From an uncultured delta proteobacterium (GTDB lineage Bacteria; Myxococcota_A; UBA9160; UBA4427): 28,771 nucleotides of DNA. Positions within the stretch are counted from its first letter, which is position 1; the number at the start of each line of letters is the position of its first letter. The notes under the pieces are model-generated. The model saw only the letters and a list, made by a program, of their open reading frames with translations, was not told the origin of the DNA and did no database searches. The DNA lies in NCBI GenBank assembly GCA_963822965.1, contig CAWGJT010000002.1:1-28771 (forward strand), written 5' to 3'. This document shows positions 17,963 to 28,637 of the stretch, one piece after another. The position numbers and the translations under genes are program-made.

Positions 17963-18799
17963 GTGAGCGTGGACGCGGAAGCCTACATCGCAGCACACGG
18001 CGCCAGCATCGATCGCTGGCTAGACGACTTCGTGCCCGCGGCGAACGAGCCGCCCCGGAGCCTGCACGCCGCCATGCGGCACCTGCTGTTTCCCGGAGGC
18101 AAGCGCCTGCGGCCCATGCTCGCCCTGGCGGCTGCCGAGGCGGTGGGTGGGCGCCTCGAGGCGGCGCTGCCCGCGGCGGCGGCCGTCGAGCTCGTCCACA
18201 CGTATTCGCTCGTGCACGACGATCTGCCCTGCATGGACGACGACGCCGTGCGACGCGGCCGGCCGACGGTGCACGTGGCCTTCGGGGAGGCGACCGCGGT
18301 GCTGGCCGGCGACGCGCTGCAGGCCCTGGCGTTCGAAGCGGTGACCGCGGCCGCCCCGGTCGCCCCCGAGCGGGCCCTGCTGGCGGCACGCGATCTCGCC
18401 CGGGCGGCGGGCTCGCGGGGGATCGTCGGCGGGCAGGCCGACGACATCGCGGCCGAGACCTCTTCCCGGCAGCTGGCCCCAGCCGAGCTCGAGTCGATCC
18501 ACGAGCGAAAGTCCGCCGCCCTGATCGCGGCGGCCATCACCACCGGCGCACGGCTCGCGGGCGCGGACGAGCAGCTGCTGGCGCGCCTGCAGAAGTTCGG
18601 CCGGGACGTGGGCGTGGCCTTCCAGATCGCCGACGATCGACTGGATGGCGACGGCCTCGCGGCTACTCTCGGGAACGACATGGCGGCACGACGCGCAGAA
18701 ACGCTCCTGGCGGGAGCCCTGGCCTCGATCGACGATCTCGGCGAGCGGGCCGAGCCCCTGCGCGAGCTGGCCCGGTTCGCGGTGAGGCGCAGCGTATGA
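17963..18799 (+). CDS. ispA: Polyprenyl (farnesyl/geranylgeranyl) diphosphate synthase
   Basis: GGKRLRP, HTYSLVHDDLPCMDDDAVRRGRPT, GQADD, FQIADD. Confidence 0.9.
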   Translation: MSVDAEAYIAAHGASIDRWLDDFVPAANEPPRSLHAAMRHLLFPGGKRLRPMLALAAAEAVGGRLEAALPAAAAVELVHTYSLVHDDLPCMDDDAVRRGRPTVHVAFGEATAVLAGDALQALAFEAVTAAAPVAPERALLAARDLARAAGSRGIVGGQADDIAAETSSRQLAPAELESIHERKSAALIAAAITTGARLAGADEQLLARLQKFGRDVGVAFQIADDRLDGDGLAATLGNDMAARRAETLLAGALASIDDLGERAEPLRELARFAVRRSV

Positions 18800-20698
18800 G
18801 CGAGCGGCTCCTGCACGGGATCGAGAGCCCCGCCGACCTGCGCCGGCTGCCGCGCGAGCAGGTGGAGCAGGTGGCCGCCGAGATCCGCGCAGGAGATCCT
18901 CGAGCGCGTCTCCCAGACCGGCGGGCCACCTGGCGTCGAGCCTGGGCGCCGTCGAGCTGATCACCGCCATCCACTACGTGTTCGAGACGCCCGAGAGATC
19001 GCCTCGTGCTCGACGTCGGCCACCAGGGCTACCCGCACAAGATGCTGACCGGCCGGCGACTGGCCTTCGACTCCATCGGGCAGCAGGACGGCATCTCCAA
19101 GTTCCTGCGGCGCTCCGAATCCGAGTACGACCACTTCGGTGCCGGCCACGCGGGCACCTCGATCTCGGCCGCCCTCGGCATGGCCCGGGGCAAGCTGCAT
19201 CGGGGCGAGGACGGCATCGTGATCGCGCTGATCGGCGACGGCGCCATGACGGCCGGCATGGCCTTCGAGGCGCTGAACCACGCCGGGCACCTGAAGGAGG
19301 AGAACCTCCTGGTGGTGCTGAACGACAACGAGATGTCCATCGACCCGAACGTCGGCGCGCTCTCGTCCTACCTGTCGCGCAAGCTGTCGGCGCCCATGGT
19401 GCGCACCATGAAGGGCTGGGCGAAGGAGTTCCTGGGCACCATGCCCGGCGACATGCTCCACTGGGCGCGCAAGGCCGAGGAGTCGCTCAAGGTCTTCTTC
19501 TCGCCGGGCCTGCTCTTCGAGGCGCTGAACTTCCGCTACGTGGGGCCCATCCAGGGCCACCGGATGGACGTGGTGCTCGAGACCTTCGAGAACGTGAAGG
19601 AGATGCTCGCGAGCGGGAGCGGCCCGGTTCTGGTGCACGCCCTCACCGAGAAGGGGCACGGCTACGAGCCGGCGGAGCGCGATCCCCTGAAGTACCACGG
19701 CGTGAGCCAGTTCGACGTGGCGTCCGGCGCCTTCGCGCCCACGAAGCCGGGGAACCCCAGCTACACGAAGATCTTCTCGGACACCCTGATCCGGCTGGCG
19801 GAGGAGGACGACGCGCATCGTCGGCATCACCGCGGCCATGGCCCCCGGCACGGGGCTCGACCGGTTCCAGCGCCGCTTTCCCAAGCGCTTCTACGACGTG
19901 GGCATCGCCGAGCAGCACGCGGTGACCTTCGCGGCGGGCCTGGCCACCGAGGGCATGAAGCCCGTCGCCGCCATCTACTCGACCTTCCTGCAGCGCGCCT
20001 ACGACCAGGTGGTGCACGACGTGTGCCTGCAGAATCTCGACGTGACCTTCGCGCTGGATCGCGCGGGGCTCGTGGGCGCGGACGGGGCCACCCACCAGGG
20101 CATCTACGACTACGCGTACCTGCGCACCCTGCCGAACATGGTGGTGATGGCGCCCAAGGACGAGAACGAGCTGCAGCACATGGTGCGCACCGCGGTGGAG
20201 TACCCGGGTCCGGCGGCGGTGCGCTTCCCGCGCGGCGGCGGCTTCGGCGTGCCCCTCGATCCGGACGTCAAGGCCGTTCCCGTCGGCGAAGCCGAGCTGC
20301 TGCGCGACGGCGACGACGTGGTGATCGTGGCCGTGGGCGAGCTGGTCCACCCGTCCCTCGAGGCGGCGGACCTGCTGTCGGCGGAAGGGATCTCGGTCGC
20401 GGTCGTGAATGCCCGCTTCGTGAAGCCCCTCGACACCGGGCGCATCCTGCCGCTGGTCGCCCGCTGCGGCGCGGTGGTCACCGTCGAGGCGCACACCGGC
20501 CCGGCGGGCTTCGGCGGTGCGGTCCTCGAGGCGCTTGCCGCCGCCGGCCTCACGCCGCTCGCGCGCAGCCTGGCGCTTCCCGATCGCCTCATCGAGCACG
20601 GCAGCACCCTGGCCGCGCTCGGGCTCGACGCCGAAGGGATCGCCCGTGCCGTCTCCGGGCTGGTGCGGCGGCGCGAGGGCTCGGACCCGGCCCCCTGA
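18796..20698 (+). CDS. dxs: 1-deoxy-D-xylulose-5-phosphate synthase; about four frameshifts (near 18890, 18925, 19000, 19815)
   Basis: [95 protein letters not shown]. Confidence 0.93.
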
Positions 20699-21470
20699 GT
20701 GATCCCCCGACCCCGGCGCCGGTCGCGTCTCGACGAGCGGGTCGTCGCCCTGGGCATCGCCGAGACCCGCAGCCGCGCCCAGGCGCTGATCCTGGCCGGG
20801 CGCATCCTGGTGGACGACGTGCCCGTGGAGAAGGCCGGCACCCGGGTGCGCGCCGACGCCCGCATCCGGCTGCGGGGGGAGCTTCCCCGCTTCGTGTCCC
20901 GGGGCGGCGAGAAGCTTGCCGGCGCCCTCGACGATCTCGACCTGGACGTGGCGGGTGTGCGGGCGCTCGACGTCGGCGCCTCGACGGGCGGCTTCAGCGA
21001 CTGCCTGCTCCAGCGCGGCGCCGTGTCCGTGGTGGCCGTGGACGTGGGGCGCGGGCAGCTTCACGAGAAGCTCCGTCAGGATCGCCGGGTGGTCTCCCTG
21101 GAGCGCACCCACGTGCGCGACCTCGAGCGCGAGCCAGCTGCCGGCGCCGGTCGACCTCGTGGTCGTCGACGTCTCGTTCATCTCGCTGCGGCAGGTGCTG
21201 CCCGCCGTCCTCGCCGTGGCGCCGGGCGCCGAGTGCTGGCCCTGGTGAAGCCCCAGTTCGAGGTGGGACGGGAGAAGGTGGGCAAGGGCGGCGTGGTGCG
21301 GGACGACGCCCTGCGCCGCCGTGGCCGTCGATGAAGTTGCCGCATTCGCGCGCAGCCTCGGCTATGCCGAGCGGGGGCGCTGTGAGAGCCGCATCGCGGG
21401 GCCCAGGGGGAACCGGGAGGTCTTCCTCTGGCTCGAGCCCGAAACCCGGTCGGACGATGAAGCATCGTAG
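20699..21470 (+). CDS. tlyA: TlyA-family rRNA methyltransferase (S4 plus FtsJ-like domain); frameshifted
   Basis: RLDERVV...TRSRAQALILAG; FVSRGGEKL; LDVGASTGGFSDCLLQRGA; VDVSFISL; LVKPQFEVG; ESRIAGPRGNREVFLWL...EAS* (TAG 21468-21470). Confidence 0.88.
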
Positions 21471-21553
21471 ACGTTTGCGGGAGGCGGTCTGCTACCCTAC
21501 CCGCCGCGATCGAGAGACCAGAGAGGACCAGGCAGAGAGCCAGGAGAACCGCC

Positions 21554-21881
21554 ATGATCCAGGTCACCGAAGCCGCCGTGAACCGCCTGCAGGCCCTGCT
21601 CGAGGACGACGGCAAGCTCGCTACCCACGGACTGCGCATGAAGGTGGTCGGCGGTGGCTGCTCGGGCCTTCGCTACGAGCTGTCCTTCGACGATCAGCGT
21701 GGGCGAGGCCGACACCGAGATCGAGGCCGGACCGGTGCGGATCATCGTCGACGAGAAGAGCGCCCTCTACCTGGTGGGCACCACCCTCGACTTCATCGAC
21801 ACGCTGCAGGAGTCGGGGTTCAAGATCCAGAACCCGAACGCCAGCAACACCTGCGGGTGTGGCGAGAGCTTCGCCGCGTAG
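21554..21881 (+). CDS. A-type Fe-S cluster carrier (IscA/ErpA/HesB family); one frameshift near 21697
   Basis: MIQVTEAA...VVGGGCSGLRY...VDEKSALYLVGTTLDF...NPNASNTCGCGESF; AGGAG Shine-Dalgarno upstream. Confidence 0.9.
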
Positions 21882-21933
21882 CGAGCTCGGCACGCGGGCC
21901 GACCTGCCCGCCGCGAGCTCCCGGCTGCCCGCT

Positions 21934-22059
21934 GTGACCCCGCGCCAGCCGACTTCGGCCTCCCAGCGTCCCGGCGTGGCCTCCGAGCGTCCCGACGTGG
22001 CCTCCGAGCGTCCCGACTCGGCCTCCGAGCAGCCCATAGTGGCCCCGCGGCAGCCGGTT
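21934..22059 (+). repeat. 21-bp tandem repeat, about six units, in frame with the desulfurase N-terminus
   Basis: Units VTPRQPT / SASQRPG / VASERPD / VASERPD / SASEQPI / VAPRQPV; 21976-21996 and 21997-22017 are identical. Confidence 0.85.
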
Positions 22060-23217
22060 TCGGCTGGACGCCCGCCCGTGATCTATCTCGACCACCACGC
22101 CACCACCCCCCTCGACCCGCGGGTGCTCGACGCCATGCTGCCCTTCTACCGGGAGGACTTCGGCAACGCGGCCAGCGTGAGCCACGCCTATGGGCGGCGC
22201 GCGGCGGCCGCCGTCGAGGACGCGCGCGAGCGCATCGCCGCCGGCATCGGCGCGGAGCCGCGCGAGATCGTGTTCACCAGCGGGGCCACCGAGGCCAACA
22301 ACCTCGCCATCCAGGGCTCGGCGAGGCTGCGTCCCCGCCAACGCGATCGGCTCGTCACGGTGGCGACCGAGCATCCGGCGGTGCTCGACGTCTGCGAGGC
22401 CCTGGGGTCCGAGGGGATCTCCACCACCGTCCTTCCCACGGGCCGGGACGGTCTCGTCGACGCGGACGCCGTGGCTGGCGCCATCGACAACCGCACCGCG
22501 CTCGTCTCCGTGATGCTCGCCAACAACGAGATCGGGGTGCTGCAGCCGCTGCGCGGGATCGCGGCGGCCTGCCGGGCGCGGGGCGTTCCCTGTCACACCG
22601 ACGCCGCCCAGGCGGTGGGGCGCATTCCGGTGGACGTCGACGCCCTGGGCGTGGACCTGCTGTCGCTGTCGGCCCACAAGCTCTACGGGCCGAAGGGGGT
22701 GGGTGCGCTCTTCGTGCGGCGACGGCGTCCGCGGGCGCGTCTCGTGCCGATCCTGCACGGAGGGGGCCACGAGCAGGGGCTCCGCTCGGGAACCCTGCCG
22801 GTGGCGCTCATCGTGGGCATGGCCCGGGCCCTGGAGATCTGCCTCGAGGACCTGGAGGCGGAGGCGGCCCGCCAGCGCGATCTGCGCGAACGGCTGTGGC
22901 AGGCGCTCAGCTCCGTGCCGGGCGTGACCCGCAACGGCCACACAGAGGCGAGGCTCCCGGGCAACCTGAACGTCACCTTCGCCGGCGTGGACGCCGACCG
23001 CCTGCTGCTGGCACTCCACGACGTGGCGATCTCCTCGGGCTCCGCCTGCAGCACCGCGAAGCCCACGCCGAGCCACGTGCTGCTCGCGCTCGGCCTGAGC
23101 CCCGCCGAGGCGAAGTCCTCGGTCCGCATCGGAATCGGCCGGCCCACGACCCAGGGGGAGATCGACACGGCCGCCCGGCGCATCGTCGCCGAGGTGCAGG
23201 CCCAGCGTTCGGCCTAA
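21934..23217 (+). CDS. iscS: Group I cysteine desulfurase (IscS/NifS type); start at 21934 or 22078
   Basis: [42 protein letters not shown] (PLP lysine), RSGT, SSGSACS (catalytic Cys). Confidence 0.9.
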   Translation: MTPRQPTSASQRPGVASERPDVASERPDSASEQPIVAPRQPVSAGRPPVIYLDHHATTPLDPRVLDAMLPFYREDFGNAASVSHAYGRRAAAAVEDARERIAAGIGAEPREIVFTSGATEANNLAIQGSARLRPRQRDRLVTVATEHPAVLDVCEALGSEGISTTVLPTGRDGLVDADAVAGAIDNRTALVSVMLANNEIGVLQPLRGIAAACRARGVPCHTDAAQAVGRIPVDVDALGVDLLSLSAHKLYGPKGVGALFVRRRRPRARLVPILHGGGHEQGLRSGTLPVALIVGMARALEICLEDLEAEAARQRDLRERLWQALSSVPGVTRNGHTEARLPGNLNVTFAGVDADRLLLALHDVAISSGSACSTAKPTPSHVLLALGLSPAEAKSSVRIGIGRPTTQGEIDTAARRIVAEVQAQRSA

Positions 23218-23465
23218 GCTGCCGATCTGAATGCCATTATCCGGGCCGAGCGCTAACGTCTGCCGTCCCGAAGCCATGCGAGCGGGGCGCGACGCGTCGA
23301 ACGCTCCGGCCGCTCTCGAGGGGAACCCTCCCTCGTGAAGGTCGCCGGCGGGTCCGGGAAGAACGGAATGGGAGCCCCGGGACCGGAAAAGCCGGGTCCC
23401 GAAGGCGCCTCACTCCCAGGCAATCACTCCAGGGAACCACTCCAAGGAAAGGAAGGGTCGAGTCC

Positions 23466-24074
23466 GTGGCAGAGCCGAAGTCCAAGAACCTCACCTGGCA
23501 CGAGGGCCAGGTTTCCCGAACCGATCGCGAGAACCTCCTCGGCCAGCGTGGTGTCACGATCTGGCTCACAGGTCTCTCGGGGTCGGGCAAGTCGACCATC
23601 GCCGTCGCCGCCGAGAAGGCGCTGTCCGACCAGGGGCGCCTCACGTACATCCTCGACGGGGACAACGTCCGTCACGGGCTCAATCGGAACCTCGGGTTCT
23701 CCCCCGACGACCGGACGGAGAACATCCGGCGCATCGGCGAGGTAGCGAAGCTCTTCACCGATGCGGGAGTCATCGTCTTCACCTCGTTCATCTCCCCCTA
23801 CCGCGCCGACCGCGACGCGGTGCGGGAGATCATGGGCGAGGGCGACTTCGTCGAGGCCTACGTGGCCGCCGACCTCGGCACCTGCGAGGACCGGGACGTG
23901 AAGGGGCTGTACAAGAAGGCCCGGGCGGGCGAGATCCCGGAGTTCACCGGCATCTCGGCCCCCTACGAGGAGCCCGCCAAGCCCGAGCTGGTGATTGATA
24001 CGAACGGGCAATCGGTCGATGAGAGCGTGAACCAGCTGATCGCCTTCCTGGGCAAGGGGGGCTACCTCGGCTGA
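23466..24074 (+). CDS. cysC: Adenylyl-sulfate (APS) kinase
   Basis: GTG 23466 after [64 protein letters not shown]. Confidence 0.95.
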   Translation: MAEPKSKNLTWHEGQVSRTDRENLLGQRGVTIWLTGLSGSGKSTIAVAAEKALSDQGRLTYILDGDNVRHGLNRNLGFSPDDRTENIRRIGEVAKLFTDAGVIVFTSFISPYRADRDAVREIMGEGDFVEAYVAADLGTCEDRDVKGLYKKARAGEIPEFTGISAPYEEPAKPELVIDTNGQSVDESVNQLIAFLGKGGYLG

Positions 24075-24091
24075 GGCGGAACGAGGAGCCG

Positions 24092-25938
24092 ATGGACCGA
24101 ACGGAGCAGGCAGCGGGTCGCGTGAGGCGGCACCGGAAGGCGGCAGGACCGGGGCGTGGCGCGCGGGGCTCCGTCCGCGGGGGTGTCCTCGCCGTCCTCG
24201 TCGCCGCGATGGGGCTGCCGGGCTGCGCGTTGCTGGGGAACGGATCGCCGCCGAAGGCGGCCGCGAGGCCCCTCCACGCCGGCGCCGCTCGCCCCGACGA
24301 GTCGGCCGACTACGACGTCCTGGTGGGCGAGATGGCCGCCCAGGACGGGCGCTTCCTCGAGGCCCGGGATGCCTACCTGCGCGCGGCGCGGAAGGACCCG
24401 GCCTCTGCCCATCTGCAGCGCAAGCTGGCCCGGCTCGCGCTGAAGCTCGACGACGTCGACGCGGCCGTGGAGCTACGCGACCGAGGCCTTCCGGCTCGAC
24501 CCCGACGACGAGGACACCCGCATCTTTCTCGCGCGCATCCACCGCATCCGGCTCGACCTGCCGGCGGTGGAGTCCGTATTGCTCGACGAGAACGGCGAGC
24601 CGGTGAGCGACCAGGCGGTGCTGCTGCTGTACCAGGTCTACATCGAGCGCGGGCAGGCTGGCCGACGCACTCCGCATCACCCAGAAGCTGGTCGAGGAGG
24701 AGCCCGATCTGCTGGACGGCCACATGGCCCTGGCGACCGTCTACGAGCACATGGGCCAGCCCGATGCCGCCGTCCAGGTGATGCGCGACGCCATCGCCCT
24801 CCACCCGGACCGGCCGATCCTCTACAGCCGTCTCGCTCGCATGCTGCGCGCGATGGACGACCGCCAGGCGGAGATCGAGCTCTATCGCGAGGTGCTCGAG
24901 AAGAAGCCCGACCACTTCGGCACCCTGGTCTCCCTGGGCGAGGCGCAGATCGCCATCAACGATCTCGACGGCGCCCTCGAGACCTACTCGAAGATCGTCG
25001 CGCTGCATCCCGACGATCTGCAGGCCGTGCGTCGCTACGCGTCCCTGGAGTTCGCGGCGGGCCGCTACGAGCAGGCGGCCGCGCGGCTGGAGGCCGCCTT
25101 CGCGCGGCATCCCGAGCACTTCGAGCTGGCCTACTCCCTGGGCCAGGTGGTGCGCAACCTGGGCGAGGACGATCGCGCGATCGCGCTCTTCTCCCTGATA
25201 CCGGAATACCACCCGGCCTACCTCGAGGCGCGGCTGCAGCTGGCGTCGATCTACGAGGACCGCGAGGACTACGCGGCGGCCCTGGTCGAGGTGGAGCGGC
25301 TGCGCGTCCTGCGGCCGAGCCGGGCCCTCGAGTTCCACACCGCCGAGCTGCTCACCCGCACCGAGCGCTTCGACGAGGCCGTCGCCCTGCTCGAGAAGAT
25401 GCGCGCCGAGAACCCGGACGACGACGAGGTGCTCTACCAGCTCGGGGTCTGCTACGGCACGGAGAAGCGCGTGGACGAGGCGCTCGAGTACATGCGCCTC
25501 ACCCTCGAGAAGAATCCGGACAACCCGCACGCGCTGAACTACATCGGATACACGTGGGCCGAGCGGGGCGAGAACCTCGACGAGGCGGAGAAGATGATCC
25601 TGCGGGCCCTCGATCAACGGCCCGACGACGGCTACATCGCGGACAGCCTGGGCTGGGTGTACTACATGCGGGCGCTGCCGCTGATGGGTACCCCCGAGGC
25701 CACGACGGGCCTGTCCTTCCTGCACAAGGCCCGGGACGAGCTGTTCCACGCCGCAGAGCTGACCGGCGGGGATCCGGTGATCTCCGAGCACCTGGGCGAC
25801 GTCCACATGGCTCTCGACGAGCACCGCCGCGCCTACGAGTTCTACCAGGAGGCGGTGCGCCTCGAGCACCGGCAGGACGAGCAGCCCGAGCTGCTCGAGA
25901 AGCTCGAACGGCTCCGCAAGGAGCTGGGCGAAAAGTGA
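24092..25938 (+). CDS. Tetratricopeptide-repeat lipoprotein; frameshifts near 24470 and 24660
   Basis: Lipobox-like LPGC; many TPR units; ALNYIGYTWAERGENLDEA, YIADSLGWVYY, DPVISEHLGDV, typical of the TPR protein usually encoded next to lolB/ispE. Confidence 0.85.
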
Positions 25939-26733
25939 GCACCGCCCACGCCCGCTCGGCGGCGGGGCTCGCGGCAGCATGCCTCGCGCTCGCGGGCTGC
26001 GTCTCGATGCCGCCGCCGGGAACCCTCGAGCCCCTGGATTCCGCCCGGCCCGTGGCGGTGAGCGATCCCCGGGTGGTCTCCCTGGCGGAGGGCCTCGAGG
26101 CCACGTTCCGCGACCGACGCTCGCTCGTCGCCAGCGCGCGCGTCTCGCTCACGGCGCCGGACCTGCGCTTCAGCCGGCCCCAGCGGGTGGCCCTGCAGCA
26201 GCCGGCGAGCCTGCGCGTCGAGATCCTGGGCCTGTTCAACCAGGTGGCCGCCATCCTCGCCACCGACGGCGTCCGCTATCAGCTCTACCAGCCGGGGTCG
26301 GACGGCATCGAGGAGGGTCGCGTGGACGCGCGCCTGTTGTGGGACGTGGCGCGGGTGGATCTCGAGCCGGAGGAGGCCGTCGGGCTGCTGCTGGGCGTGC
26401 CGCTCGCTCCCGGGTCGCATCTCGAGGGGGCGCGCAGGCTGGAGGACGGCCGCCTGCTGCTGGCTTTCCGCCAGCCCGAGGACGGCTCGCGCCGCATCTT
26501 CGAGTTCGACCCGTCCGTCCCACCTCGCCCGGGTGCGCAAACGTTCGGCCGGCGACGCGCTCGTGTGGGAGGCCGTCTACACCGACTACCGGCCGGTGGG
26601 AAGCCGCTCGTTCGCGCACCAGATGGACATCGATTTCCCGCGCCTCGAGGCGAACGCCGACTTCCGGTTCACCACGGCCGAGCTGAACCGGGAGCTGCCC
26701 GCCAGCGCCTTCGTCCTGCGGCCGGGCTCCTGA
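25935..26733 (+). CDS. Lipoprotein, LolB/LolA-like fold predicted; frameshift near 26520
   Basis: GTG overlaps the TPR gene stop; lipobox LAGC; QQPASLRVEILGLF; C-terminus in the 26533 frame (WEAVYTDYR...AELNRELPASAFVLRPGS). Confidence 0.65.
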
Positions 26734-26785
26734 ACGGCCGAATCGCCGACTTCCTCCTCGCTGCGACTCGCCCCGTTCGCGCCCT

Positions 26786-27675
26786 TCAGTCGATGAGCTT
26801 GGGATCGAGGGCGTCGCGCAGGGCGTCTCCGGCGACGTTCAGCGCGTAGATGATCAGGAACATCGCGACGGTGACGCTCGCCAGCGGCCACCAGATGCCC
26901 GTCACCAGCTCGCCCGTCGCGTCGGTGATCATCGTGCCCCAGCTCGAGCCGTCCTGGATGCCCACCCCGAGGAAGGTCAGGATCACCTCGGACTTGATCG
27001 CCGAGAGGATCGTCAGCGACGCCGTCACGATCGCCAGGTGGATCACGTTCGGCAGGATGTGGCGGAACATGATGATCCCGTCCCTGGCGCCGAGCAGCCG
27101 GATCGCGAGCACGTACTCCCGGTTGCGGTGCTTCAGCACCTCGCCCCGGATCAAGCGGCAAAGGCCCACCCAGGAGACGGCTCCCAGGGCGATGCAGATC
27201 GCCGCGATCCCCTTCTCCAGCACGTAGGAGATGCCGACGATCAGCAGGATGGAAGGTACCGCCGAGATCACCGAGTAGATCCACACCACGAAGGCGTCGA
27301 CCCGACCGCCGTAGTAGCCGGCGATGGAGCCCAGGAAGATTCCGATCGGCAGGCTGATGCCGGTCACGATGAAGCCGATGGTCATGGCGGTCTTCGTCCC
27401 GGCCAGGATCTTGTAGAGGATCGAGCGGCCGAAGATGTCGGTGCCGAAGAGCAGCGCGGGATCGAAGGAGGGGGACGCGTAGCTCTCGCCGACCCGGGTC
27501 TGGAAGTCGGGCAGGACCCCGACGTAGCCCAGCAGGGCGATCGCCACGTACACCGCGATCACCACGAAGCAGGCGACCACCGTACGATCTCGCCGCAGCG
27601 TGCGCAGGGCCCGCCGGCCGAGACTCTCCCCGCGCGCAGCGGGTGGCGCCACGCTCGTGTCCGGGACTGCGCCAT
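26786..27675 (-). CDS. Peptide/nickel ABC transporter permease (DppC/OppC type); probable indel near the start
   Basis: FGTDIFGRS, IAGYYGGRVD, RLIRGEVL...EYVLAIRLLGA, HILPN, GDALRDALDP. ATG 27675 overlaps the upstream stop; in-frame GTG at 27652. Confidence 0.9.
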
Positions 27676-28607
27676 CAGGAGAGCTGCACCCGCGGGTCCA
27701 CCCACGCGTAGAGGAGGTCCGTGATCAGGTTGAAGAGCGCGTAGGCGATCGCGATCAGCACCGTGAGCCCCTTCAGGATGGGGAAGTCGCCGGTATTGAT
27801 CGCCGTGATCATGATGTCGCCCACGCCCGGGATGCTGAAGAAGCGCTCCATCAGGAACGCCCCCAGGATGAGGAACGGGATGCCGATCACCACGTGGGTG
27901 AGGATCGGGATCAGCGCGTTCTTCAGGATGTGGCCGAAGATCACCTTCGACTCGGAGGCGCCCTTCGCGAACGCGGTCCGCACGTAGTCGGCCTTCGCGT
28001 CGTCGAGGAAGACGGTGCGGAAGATCCGGATGTCCGGTCCCGCCGTCACCACGATGATGATCACCCACGGCAGGAGCAGGTACTCGATGCCGGCGATCCC
28101 CGACTCGAAGCCGTTGATCGGGAACCATCCCGCCTGGTAGGCGAGCAGGTACTGGAAGGCGATGATGTAGACGAGGTACGAGATGCTCATCGAGCCGACG
28201 AAGAGCGCCGTGGAGAAGCGGTCGAGCCAGCCGCCCCGGAAGTAGGCGATGAGCAGCGCGATCGAGACGTTGGTGACGGTGCCGAATACGTACGGGAACA
28301 CCGTGAGCGAGAGCGAGACCAGCGCGCCCTGCCGGAACATCGCCGTCAGGGGCTCGCCGGTGTTGAACGAGCGCCCGAAGTCGAGGGTGACGATCTGCTG
28401 CAGGAAGTGCAGAAACTGCAGCCACAGCGGCTGGTCGAGCCCCCACTCCGCGCGAAGGTCGGCCACCGCCTCGGGGGTCGCGTGCTGACCGAGGGCGACG
28501 AGCACCGGGTCCTCGCCCACGCTCGTGAAGAGCAGGAAGACGAGCAGCGCCACCCCGAGGATGATCGGGATCATCTGCAGCAGTCGCCGGACGACGTAGG
28601 CGGCCAT
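27675..28607 (-). CDS. Peptide/nickel ABC transporter permease (DppB/OppB type)
   Basis: YVVRRLLQ, GLDQPL, DFGRS, DYVRTAFAKG, HILKNALIP, ERFFSIPGVG, DLLYAWVDPR. Confidence 0.93.
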   Translation of the reverse strand: MAAYVVRRLLQMIPIILGVALLVFLLFTSVGEDPVLVALGQHATPEAVADLRAEWGLDQPLWLQFLHFLQQIVTLDFGRSFNTGEPLTAMFRQGALVSLSLTVFPYVFGTVTNVSIALLIAYFRGGWLDRFSTALFVGSMSISYLVYIIAFQYLLAYQAGWFPINGFESGIAGIEYLLLPWVIIIVVTAGPDIRIFRTVFLDDAKADYVRTAFAKGASESKVIFGHILKNALIPILTHVVIGIPFLILGAFLMERFFSIPGVGDIMITAINTGDFPILKGLTVLIAIAYALFNLITDLLYAWVDPRVQLS

Positions 28608-28637
28608 CTACCGGGCCTCCGGAAAAAGCCTCCCGGC

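Noticed and set aside
18796..21881. Programmed frameshifting or pseudogenisation of dxs, tlyA and the Fe-S carrier
   Set aside because: Too many shifts, in both directions, with no slippery-site pattern; the same pattern occurs across the whole window.
21934..22059. Possible CRISPR array
   Set aside because: Units are contiguous 21-mers with no unique spacers, in frame with a gene, and no cas genes are nearby.
19006..23217. 1403-aa ORF suggesting a Dxs-IscS fusion
   Set aside because: Only the first ~270 and last ~430 residues are real. The middle is out-of-frame reading of dxs, tlyA and the Fe-S carrier, kept open by indels and high GC.
23300..23440. Glycine or SAM-I riboswitch call
   Set aside because: CCGAAGGCGC and GAGGG...CCC...TGAAG resemble fragments only. 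The glycine GGAGA/CTCTCAGG and SAM-I GCAACC/GTGC elements are not in the expected arrangement.
24567..26849. 760-aa ORF joining TPR and lipoprotein sequence
   Set aside because: Chimera of a short TPR fragment, out-of-frame TPR sequence and the separate lipoprotein starting at 25935.
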